From assembly GCA_964291445.2 (NCBI GenBank), contig OZ219862.1:1184669-1248668 (forward strand): DNA of 64,000 nucleotides, in the 5' to 3' direction. The notes beneath the pieces are model-generated. The model was not told the DNA's origin. It made no database searches and saw only the letters and a program-made list of their open reading frames with translations. The translations under genes were made by a program, and so were the position numbers. The DNA is from Paracoccaceae bacterium (lineage in GTDB: Bacteria > Pseudomonadota > Alphaproteobacteria > Rhodobacterales > Rhodobacteraceae). This document shows, piece after piece, positions 29,492-36,986 of this stretch (position 1 is its first letter; each line of letters starts with the position of its first letter).

Positions 29492-30186
29492 TGCTGGAAA
29501 TCAGTGACATCCATGTCGCCTACGGCCGAGTGCAGGTGCTGTTCGGCGTGTCAATGACGGTGCAGCCCGGCGAGATCCACTGCCTTCTCGGCCGCAACGG
29601 TGCCGGAAAGACCACCACGCTTAACGCGGTGATGGGACTGGCCCGGCTGACTGCCGGCTCGGTCCGCATGCGAGAGACCGAACTCCAGGCCCTGCCGGCG
29701 CATGAGATCCCAAGGCAGCGCATCGGGCTGGTTCCGCAGGGACGGCGGCTGTTTGCCGAACTCACGGTGGAGGAGAATCTCGAAATCGGATTGATGACAA
29801 GAGGATCCGGCCCGCAGGCCAGGCAACGGGCGCTCGATCTCTTTCCCCGTCTCGAGGAACGGATGCGTCAACCGGCGGCGACGCTGTCCGGCGGTGAACA
29901 GCAGATGCTGGCCGTGGCCAGAGCGCTGTGCCTCGAGCCCGAACTCCTGCTCCTTGACGAGCCGACCGAGGGGCTGCAGCCATCGATGATCAGCCAGATC
30001 AGGAATGTCATCTGCCAGATGCGCGATGCCGGTGTCGGCATCCTGCTGGTTGAACAGCGGGTCGACGCGGTGTTGTCAATCGCCGACCGGGTCTCCTTCA
30101 TCGAGCATGGCCGGGTGCTGGAGACGCTGCCGGCGACCAGCCTGGCCGATGACCGCAGCAAGCTGACCCGCTATCTTGGCGTCTGA
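29488..30186 (+). CDS. ABC transporter ATP-binding protein (LivF family)
   Basis: Walker A GRNGAGKTT, signature LSGGEQQML. Confidence 0.9.
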   Translation: MMLEISDIHVAYGRVQVLFGVSMTVQPGEIHCLLGRNGAGKTTTLNAVMGLARLTAGSVRMRETELQALPAHEIPRQRIGLVPQGRRLFAELTVEENLEIGLMTRGSGPQARQRALDLFPRLEERMRQPAATLSGGEQQMLAVARALCLEPELLLLDEPTEGLQPSMISQIRNVICQMRDAGVGILLVEQRVDAVLSIADRVSFIEHGRVLETLPATSLADDRSKLTRYLGV

Positions 30187-30249
30187 CCGGGACGGCAACA
30201 ATGGCAAGCTGATCCGCCATCCTGGCGTCTGACCCGGACGGCATCAATC
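30158..30249. repeat. imperfect 46-nt tandem duplication of the LivF-gene 3' end including its stop
   Basis: 30158-30203 versus 30204-30249 are 40/46 identical by hand alignment. The second copy keeps a TGA, and its end contains the stop of the convergent fpr gene. Confidence 0.85.
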
Positions 30250-31056
30250 GACGAATGCACGCTCCACCACGAAATCTGCCGGCGCACTGTTGGCCCCCTC
30301 GGCAAATCCGGTGCTCTCGAGGATTGCCCTGGTATCCTTCAGCATGTCCATCGAGCCGCAGATCATGGCCCGGTCCTCCCCCGGCGACAGCGGCGGCAGG
30401 CCCAGCTCGGCAAAGAGCTTGCCGGAATTGATCAGCTCGGTGATCCGCCCCGTCCGGCTGAATGGCTCCCGCGTCGTGGTTGGAAAATGGATGAGTTGCG
30501 TGCGGGCCTCGTCGCCGACCAGCGGGTCATCGCAAGTTTGTTCGACGAGATTCAGCCCGTATTCGAGCTCGGCGACCAGCCTGCAGGTATGGGTCAGGAC
30601 GATCTTCTCGAACTTCACGTAGGTTTCCGGATCGCGGATGATCGAGGCAAAGGGCGCAATCCCGGTGCCGGTGGCAAAGAGATAGAGTCGCTTGCCCGGG
30701 AGCAGGGCATCATGAACCAGCGTCCCTGTGGGCTTGCGGCGCATCAGGATGGTATCGCCGACCCGGATTCTCTGCAAATGCATGGTCAACGGCCCGTCCG
30801 GGACCTTGATCGAGAAGAATTCGAGTTCCTCGTCCCAGCTCGGACTGGCGATCGAATAGGCCCGGAATATCGGCCGTTCGGCATTCGGCAGGCCGATCAT
30901 GACGAATTCGCCGGAGCGGAACCGGAAGCTGCGCGGGCGGGTGATCCTGAACTCGAACATCCGGTCGGTGTAATGCTTCACCGAGGTCACCTTCTCCGAA
31001 AACACCCCTGTAGGTGCCGCAAATTCGGTCCGTGTCATGGTCGCAGACTCGTCCAT
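30244..31056 (-). CDS. fpr: ferredoxin--NADP(+) reductase (bacterial Fpr type)
   Basis: FRFRSGEFVMIGL..RAYSIASP (FAD-binding RxYS motif), LYLFATGTGIAPF NADP motif, C-terminal ERAFVD. Confidence 0.85.
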   Translation of the reverse strand: MDESATMTRTEFAAPTGVFSEKVTSVKHYTDRMFEFRITRPRSFRFRSGEFVMIGLPNAERPIFRAYSIASPSWDEELEFFSIKVPDGPLTMHLQRIRVGDTILMRRKPTGTLVHDALLPGKRLYLFATGTGIAPFASIIRDPETYVKFEKIVLTHTCRLVAELEYGLNLVEQTCDDPLVGDEARTQLIHFPTTTREPFSRTGRITELINSGKLFAELGLPPLSPGEDRAMICGSMDMLKDTRAILESTGFAEGANSAPADFVVERAFVD

Positions 31057-31150
31057 GGTCCTGTCCCTGCAATCCTGGTCCCGCGCATCGCCACATCGAC
31101 TCCTTCCGCCTGGAAATCAACGGCAATCAGCACCGGGCCGAGGCACGATC

Positions 31151-31164
31151 GTTAGTATACTAAC
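31151..31164. promoter_or_regulatory. perfect 14-bp palindrome GTTAGTATACTAAC in the fpr / enamidase divergent intergenic region (putative MarR-type operator)
   Basis: The 16-nt core GTTAGTATACTAACAA recurs at 43560-43575, upstream of the nicotinate dehydrogenase operon. Confidence 0.6.
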
Positions 31165-31327
31165 AATTAATTTCGCCACCCCCACCTGTCAAGCCCACCG
31201 GCGCAAGTCGGGGTTCGGCAGACGGGCCGATTGCGGCGCCGGATTTGCCGCCAATTCATCGGAGTTGAACGCCCATTGCGGTTTGTTAAGATCGACCGGC
31301 ACAAGGCAACCCATCCAGGAGATCAAC

Positions 31328-32653
31328 ATGGCAGACGGCGCAAACAAGCTGGTTATCCGCAATGTCGGGCTGATCCTGTCCGGCAAGATCGAATCGCCAA
31401 TCCTGGACGGTGACTGCCTGGTTGCCATTGGCGGCCGGATCAGTGATTTCGGATACGAGGCGGACATCGACACCGATGGCGCCGACATCGTGGTCGATGC
31501 CATGGGGGTAACCCTGTGTCCCGGTCTCATCGACAGCCATATTCATCCCGTCGTCGGTGACTATACCCCGCGCCAGCAGCAACTGCACTGGATCGATTCC
31601 ACGCTCCATGGCGGAGTCACCACGCTGATTTCGGCTGGCGAGGTGCACATGCCCGGACGACCGAAGGATATTGTTGGCCTGAAGGCGATGGCGATTGCCG
31701 CCCAGCGCTGGTACGAGAATTTTCGCCCGTCGGGGGTCAAGGTGCTGGCCGGTGCACCGGTCATCGAACACGGCATGGAAGAGCAGGATTTCAAGGACCT
31801 CGCCGATTCCGGGGTCACCCTGCTCGGCGAGATCGGCCTCGGTTCGGTCAAGGATGGCCCGACTGCCCACCGGATGGTGGAATGGGCGCGCAAATACGGA
31901 ATCCAGAGCACCATCCACACCGGTGGCCCCTCGATCCCGGGCTCCGGCCTCATCGACAAGGATATCGTTCTCGAGGCCGGCACCGACGTGATCGGTCATA
32001 TCAATGGCGGCCATTCGGCACTGCCGGACGACCAGATCATCTGCCTCTGCGAATCCTGCCGCAAGAGCCTTGAAGTCGTTCATAACGGCAACGAACGGGC
32101 CGCCCTGCTGACCCTCAATACGGCCCGTGAGCTCGGGCAACTCGACCGGCTGATCCTCGGCACTGACGGGCCCGCCGGCTCGGGAGTACAACCCCTTGGC
32201 ATCCTGCGAATGATCGCCATGCTGTCGAGCCTAGGCAATGTTGCGGCCGAAACCGCCTTCTGCTTCGGGACCGGCAATACTTCCCGCCAGCGTGACCTCG
32301 ATGTCGGTCTGATCGAGAACGGCTATGCCGCCGATTTCGCATTGATCGACCAGGCCCAGCATGCACCAGGACGGGACATTCTCGAATCGGTCGGCCAGGG
32401 CAACCTGCCGGGCGTCGGCATGACCATCATCGACGGCATCATCCGCAGCCGACGCAGCCGCAACACCCCGCCAGCCCAGCACCTCCCATCATCGAGGGGG
32501 AATGACGTCCGAGGATTTCCCAAAGAGATGGACAGTTCGGGTGGATGTCCCAGGCGACACGCAAGAGGGAGATCAATCGTAAACCGCACAATCTTCACAG
32601 CTCTCAGCCGGCGAATCCAGCCGAATGGCAACCGCCAACTTAACAAGCTCTAA
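31328..32653 (+). CDS. ena: enamidase-like amidohydrolase (1,4,5,6-tetrahydro-6-oxonicotinate hydrolase family) with an atypical C-terminal tail
   Basis: Starts at the ATG at 31328 (MADGANKLVIRNVG...). Amidohydrolase metal motif DSHIHP. GDYTPRQQ, HTGGPSIPGS and SRNTPPA stretches match my memory of enamidase. About 55 codons after NTPPA run into low-GC DNA. Confidence 0.7.
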   Translation: MADGANKLVIRNVGLILSGKIESPILDGDCLVAIGGRISDFGYEADIDTDGADIVVDAMGVTLCPGLIDSHIHPVVGDYTPRQQQLHWIDSTLHGGVTTLISAGEVHMPGRPKDIVGLKAMAIAAQRWYENFRPSGVKVLAGAPVIEHGMEEQDFKDLADSGVTLLGEIGLGSVKDGPTAHRMVEWARKYGIQSTIHTGGPSIPGSGLIDKDIVLEAGTDVIGHINGGHSALPDDQIICLCESCRKSLEVVHNGNERAALLTLNTARELGQLDRLILGTDGPAGSGVQPLGILRMIAMLSSLGNVAAETAFCFGTGNTSRQRDLDVGLIENGYAADFALIDQAQHAPGRDILESVGQGNLPGVGMTIIDGIIRSRRSRNTPPAQHLPSSRGNDVRGFPKEMDSSGGCPRRHARGRSIVNRTIFTALSRRIQPNGNRQLNKL

Positions 32654-32980
32654 TGTCTTCTGTTTCCGGTCTTCACGAGCTTCGGGCCATCCGACTACGT
32701 TCGCATGCCCCGGCGGGTCATCGTCTCGATCGATTGCCAACCCCACGTCCCTAACATCTTGGCAGGTCAGTTCTCCCCATCCGTACAACCGCTTCCCTAA
32801 CGGCTGGCCAACTCGATCAATTCCCAGTTCACACTTGCGTCTAGTCGAAAGTCCAATCACATCGAATACAGAGAGCGCTCCCCCAACGTTGGGTTCAAAC
32901 AATTTCGGTTTTGTGCGGCCCCCTGCAAGTCGTCCGCTTTCGACCGAAAATCTAGCAAACAAGCAATCTCGTTCAGCCAC
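32573..32980 (-). CDS. hypothetical protein (island ORF A, 135 aa)
   Basis: ORF in a low-GC segment with natural-looking composition (..LYGWGELTCQDVRDVGLAIDRDDDPPGHANVVGWPE..). GTG start 22 nt after the ORF B stop. No family recognised. Confidence 0.5.
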   Translation of the reverse strand: MAERDCLFARFSVESGRLAGGRTKPKLFEPNVGGALSVFDVIGLSTRRKCELGIDRVGQPLGKRLYGWGELTCQDVRDVGLAIDRDDDPPGHANVVGWPEAREDRKQKTLELVKLAVAIRLDSPAESCEDCAVYD

Positions 32981-33002
32981 AACTTACCTGCCAAAAAACA
33001 AA

Positions 33003-33425
33003 CTATCCGAACTTTTGCAGGCAGCATCCAACCGGGCATGGTAACTCGCCCTTCCAGACGGCGGTCCCTCGGCAAGTGAAATCGTCGAACAGCGAGGCCC
33101 ACGCCAGCTTTCCTTCCGGGCAGATGCTTAGCGTAAACATCGAATCGCGTCCTGCAATCCAATCAAGATCAATCTCGCCATGTGGCGTAGCCGCAACCTC
33201 TGGATCTCCTGTGTTACTAGGCAGCAGGTCCACCAACTCTTGAGCCACGTCTACGGACTTTCTCGTTACGGCAATCGCTCCCTCTCCGTCCCAGTTGGCC
33301 GACCCGGCTGTTTCTAGGAGGCCCTCGATTTGTTTCTTAAGGTCAGACCGAATCGGCTGGTCGGCAGCAACGTACAATTGCCGCAGCCTGAGAGATTCCA
33401 GCGGAGATTTCCCAATACACGCCAA
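33003..33425 (-). CDS. hypothetical protein (island ORF B, about 140 aa; start unresolved)
   Basis: ORF in the low-GC segment (..SANWDGEGAIAVTRKSVDVAQELVDLLP..PHGEIDLDW..). Only a TTG is available as a start. An ATG ORF in the -1 frame begins at 33505. Confidence 0.45.
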   Translation of the reverse strand: MACIGKSPLESLRLRQLYVAADQPIRSDLKKQIEGLLETAGSANWDGEGAIAVTRKSVDVAQELVDLLPSNTGDPEVAATPHGEIDLDWIAGRDSMFTLSICPEGKLAWASLFDDFTCRGTAVWKGELPCPVGCCLQKFG

Positions 33426-33630
33426 CCTTGGCTCAACCGTTGCCTTTCAGCCTGCTCAGTCTCCGGGCTCTCGGAGGACAGTGCTGCCAACAGTCCTGCC
33501 CACATTGCGTCCCGAATTGACGTCAGATCGTAGGAATCAGCCCCCTCCGTTCTGCAATAACAGTGCGGTGAAGATTTAATGTATTTTCGCTGCGATCAGG
33601 AATTGTAGTCGAAATAAAATTCATGGCCCT

Positions 33631-34299
33631 TCAACTTTCTGTATCTGAAACAATTCGCTCGCGGATGCCCTTGACACATCTTCGGAAATCGCCGACCTGC
33701 TGGAGTTTTCCGACCATTGTTTCTTCACCCTCAAATTGTTGGTGGCTGTTTACTGCTACAAACAGATGTTCTCCGCTTGATTCTGCATGTGGCTCTATCC
33801 GCACGGTGTATCGGATTGATTTCTCGACAAAGGAAATTCTGGAACTAAGATTGAATTCTGATGCGCCGGTCAACTGTGCAACCGCTTCCGAAGCCAATCT
33901 TGCACAGTATTCGGAGCCATTCAATCCAACATGACTCCGCCGAATTGCCCCATCGCAATTCATGCCAAGCGCCGTCGTGCTAACCGCGTTTTTCACGTCA
34001 TCCAGCTTTTCAGCGATGATCATGGCTGCTTCGGCCAACTCGCCTGAAATGATGGTGTCTGTTTCGTTGGCCCTTAGGTCGATTCGGTCGGGCGTCATTC
34101 TCAGCTCAAATTTTCCTGAGACATAGCTGCAATGAGTAATGGGGTTAACCCGCACAATGCTAGCAAAGTCGATGCTTCCCCCAAACAGTTCGCGCTCATC
34201 CAGGAGTCCGTGAGGGAACGTCCCTACAAACACAAAGCTGTTAAGCTGCTGAATTAGCACGGTAAATTCTCCCATGGCCTTACACTCAAGCGCGAGCAT
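33631..34299 (-). CDS. hypothetical protein (island ORF C, about 214-231 aa)
   Basis: Longest ORF of the low-GC segment. First ATG at 34299; alternatives are TTG at 34326 and ATG at 34275. No family recognised. Confidence 0.55.
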   Translation of the reverse strand: MLALECKAMGEFTVLIQQLNSFVFVGTFPHGLLDERELFGGSIDFASIVRVNPITHCSYVSGKFELRMTPDRIDLRANETDTIISGELAEAAMIIAEKLDDVKNAVSTTALGMNCDGAIRRSHVGLNGSEYCARLASEAVAQLTGASEFNLSSRISFVEKSIRYTVRIEPHAESSGEHLFVAVNSHQQFEGEETMVGKLQQVGDFRRCVKGIRERIVSDTES

Positions 34300-34509
34300 A
34301 GTAATTTGCAGTTCAAGGCACAACAATATCCTTGGAGCCGGGAGGCAGTCGGTCTGGCGGTCAATCTATGGCCAATCCGGCGAGTCCAAGACACCAACGC
34401 CTTCACTTTTTCGTGCCTCGGCCTGTCTCGCTTAGCACTCCTGCCTGACATAAACGCAAGAAACCGGGCACGCCTTCTTGAGACTGTCCCCTCGCATGCC
34501 AAGGCAGGC

Positions 34510-35826
34510 CTATCCGGAAGGTTCTTCCGTAGCCTCGCTGCCGGTCGGGCCCTCCGGCTGGCCGAGGCCGAGCAGGCCGGAGGCCTGGCCGGCGTCGGGT
34601 AGCTGCTCGACATCCCGCAGGGTCCGGTCCATGGCCCGGCGCCTGGTATCGGTGGTCTCGAGGGTGCGGGAGACGGTGCCGACCTGTTGCTTGACCTTGT
34701 CGAGGACCTTGCCGAATTTGCCGAATTCCAGCTTGACCGCCGACAGCACTTTCCAGACCTCGCTTGAGCGCTTTTCGATCGCCAGGGTGCGGAAGCCCAT
34801 CTGCAGGGAGTTGAGAATCGCCGCCAACGTGGTTGGTCCGGCAACCACGATCCGGTGTTGGCGCTGCAGCTTGTCAAGCATCTCCGGCGAGCGGACCACC
34901 TCGGCATAGAGCCCCTCGGTCGGGAGATAGAGGATGGCAAAATCGGTGGTGAATGGCGGGTTGACATATTTCGACCGGATTTCCCTGGCAAATCCCTCGA
35001 CTGCCCGAAGAAGGCTGCCGGAGGCCTGCTGCACCTTCTGGCTGTCGCCCTCCTCGGCTGCCTCCAGCAGGCGGTTGTAGTCTTCCATCGGGAACTTGGC
35101 GTCGATCGGCAACAGCACCTCCGACTCGCCGTCATCGGCACCCGGCAATTTGATGGCAAATTCGACGATGTCGTTGGTCTCCGGGTTGGGCTTGGCGTTG
35201 CGGTAGAACTGGACCGGCGCCAGGATCTGTTCGAGCAGGGTGCCGAGCTGGATCTCGCCCCAGCCGCCCCTGGTCTTGACGTTGGATAGCACCGCCTTGA
35301 GGTCGCCAACGCCGGTGGCCAGCTTCTGCATCTCGCCAAGCCCCTGGTGGACCGCCTCGAGCCGGTCGCTGACCAGCTTGAATGACTCGCCCAGCCGTTT
35401 CTCCAGCGTCCCCTGCAGCTTCTCGTCAACGGTCTGGCGCATCTTCTCCAGCCTGTCCTCGTTGCTCTTCTGCAACGAACCAAGCTGGTCGCCGACCTTT
35501 TCGGTGAGAGTTTCGAGCCGTTTCTCGTTGCGATCGGACAGGTTCCTGATCTCGCCCCGCATCTCCAGAAGCTGCGAGCTGCGCGCCTCATCGAGTTTCC
35601 TGATGGTTCCGGTCAGTGCCTCGGTGTTGCGCTGGCTGGACTGGTCCAGCTCCTCCCGCAGCTTGCGGGCTGCGCTGGCGCTCTCCTCCCGGGATTCCCG
35701 GAACTGACCCCGCAGGGCCTCGTCCGACAGACCGGAGCCACCCCGCGTTCGGCCGATGAACAGCGCCGCCACGAGAACCAGGTTGGCGGCGGCCAGACCC
35801 AATATGATCATCAATTCCAGCGACAT
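34510..35826 (-). CDS. rmuC: DNA recombination protein RmuC
   Basis: N-terminal TM segment, a long coiled-coil and a conserved C-terminal region (LPIDAKFP..., FAILYLPTEGLYAE, IVVAGPTTLAAILNSLQMGF). Start at the ATG at 35826. Confidence 0.85.
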   Translation of the reverse strand: MSLELMIILGLAAANLVLVAALFIGRTRGGSGLSDEALRGQFRESREESASAARKLREELDQSSQRNTEALTGTIRKLDEARSSQLLEMRGEIRNLSDRNEKRLETLTEKVGDQLGSLQKSNEDRLEKMRQTVDEKLQGTLEKRLGESFKLVSDRLEAVHQGLGEMQKLATGVGDLKAVLSNVKTRGGWGEIQLGTLLEQILAPVQFYRNAKPNPETNDIVEFAIKLPGADDGESEVLLPIDAKFPMEDYNRLLEAAEEGDSQKVQQASGSLLRAVEGFAREIRSKYVNPPFTTDFAILYLPTEGLYAEVVRSPEMLDKLQRQHRIVVAGPTTLAAILNSLQMGFRTLAIEKRSSEVWKVLSAVKLEFGKFGKVLDKVKQQVGTVSRTLETTDTRRRAMDRTLRDVEQLPDAGQASGLLGLGQPEGPTGSEATEEPSG

Positions 35827-35950
35827 GACCTGCTCCGACGGACCCGGCTTCCCGATAACCGGTGCCCGGAAACAGTGCAATGGCACCCGGCCGGGACGAA
35901 TTTCGCCAGCGGCAGTGCCTGATCCGGAACAGCTGGCGGCGCGGCCTGCT

Positions 35951-36397
35951 TCAGGTCAGCTTGGCCACCAGTTGCAGGAAGACCTCGCGTTCGCCATCGG
36001 TGAGCGGCTCGAGTGTCGAGCGGGTAATGCCATTGCCCTGGCGGTGAAGTTCCGGGATGGCCGCCTTGCCGGCGCGTGACAGGATGATCAGCTTGCGCCT
36101 CCGGTCATTCGGATCATCGGTAAACTCGACCAGCCCCTTCTCGAAGATCCGGTCGACCACCCCCTTGGCCGTGGCGACATCCATCTTGATCCGGCGGCCG
36201 AGGTCATTCTGGGAGCACTCGCCGATCTCGGCAATCTTGACCAGGGCGGCAAACTGGGTCGGGGTCAATCCGCACGGTGCCTGCGTCTGGAAGATGGCGA
36301 CATGTCGCTGGTTGGCCAGCCTGAGCAGAAACCCGACCTGTTCCTCGAGAAGGTAGGCTTCCGGCTCGCTGCCTTCGCTCGCTGCAGTCCTGGTCAT
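35951..36397 (-). CDS. MarR family transcriptional regulator (candidate nicotinate-cluster repressor)
   Basis: 148 aa, winged-HTH MarR-like (LTPTQFAALVKIAEIGECSQNDLGRRI...DRRRKLI). Last gene of the nicotinate operon. Confidence 0.8.
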   Translation of the reverse strand: MTRTAASEGSEPEAYLLEEQVGFLLRLANQRHVAIFQTQAPCGLTPTQFAALVKIAEIGECSQNDLGRRIKMDVATAKGVVDRIFEKGLVEFTDDPNDRRRKLIILSRAGKAAIPELHRQGNGITRSTLEPLTDGEREVFLQLVAKLT

Positions 36398-36401
36398 GGG
36401 C

Positions 36402-36986
36402 TCAGCGAAGCCCGTCCTTGCCCTCGGCCTCGGCGGCAGCGAGCCCACCAACCCTGGGCAGCGGGCGTCCGCTGTCGGTAACTGCCACCGCCACCATGAT
36501 TTCGCCGGAACGCGGCGCGTCATTCAACCTGACCTCGATTCCATCAAAGTGCGACCTGACATAGGCGGCATCCTTGTGCCCGAGCGGAACATCCAGCGGA
36601 TGGCCCATGCCGCCGGCCTTCTTCGAAGACGGAACCAGGGCCGCACCCTTGCCAACCGCCTTTCGCAGCGGTGCTCCGAGCTTCGGATGCAGGATGGCGG
36701 CGGCATGCTCAAGCTCGCCGCCCTCGCCAACCAAGGCCGCCTTGCCATAGCTTTCAGCCTCGTCCGGCCGGATCCCCAGCGCACCCACACACATATCGCC
36801 GAGCAGCCCGCCCAGTTCGGCGCCGATATCCATCAGCAGCGACAAATCCTCGACAAACTCTCCGGCATATGGATTGGCAATCACTGCCACTGCCACTGCC
36901 TTGCGGGTCGGCGGCTCAATCTCCTTCCCGGCTTCCTGGCAGGTCTCCTCGACGCTCACCAGTGTTTTGCGAATTTGTGCCTTCAT
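36402..36986 (-). CDS. amino acid synthesis family protein (DUF1185), paralog 2
   Basis: 194 aa. Clearly paralogous to the upstream gene (shared ..YVRSHFD.IE..L.DAP.. and the C-terminal G.DGLR). Confidence 0.7.
   Translation of the reverse strand: MKAQIRKTLVSVEETCQEAGKEIEPPTRKAVAVAVIANPYAGEFVEDLSLLMDIGAELGGLLGDMCVGALGIRPDEAESYGKAALVGEGGELEHAAAILHPKLGAPLRKAVGKGAALVPSSKKAGGMGHPLDVPLGHKDAAYVRSHFDGIEVRLNDAPRSGEIMVAVAVTDSGRPLPRVGGLAAAEAEGKDGLR

Noticed and set aside
31037-31327. N-terminal 97-codon extension of the enamidase ORF as drawn in the ORF track (start at 31037).
   Set aside because: The extension overlaps the fpr start and the operator region and looks non-coding (Ser/Arg/Pro-rich). 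The family-like sequence begins at the ATG at 31328.
32625-33044. 139-aa plus-strand ORF antisense to island ORF A, and the 33623-33934 (+) ORF antisense to ORF C.
   Set aside because: Ser/Pro/Arg-rich, low-complexity translations. The minus-strand frames have much more protein-like composition and form a co-oriented series.
33415-33435. Programmed -1 ribosomal frameshift joining the ATG-33505 peptide to island ORF B.
   Set aside because: There is no X-XXY-YYZ slippery heptamer or obvious downstream stimulatory structure at the frame junction (…CAAGGTTGGCGTG…). A mutation, a sequencing error or a plain TTG start is more parsimonious. Kept only as an open question in the findings.
32555-34465. 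The shared 8-mer ACGCAAGA near both edges of the low-GC cassette (about 32560 and about 34455) as possible att or target-site repeats.
   Set aside because: It is too short to be distinguishable from chance, it is not positioned symmetrically at the composition boundaries, and no integrase is present.
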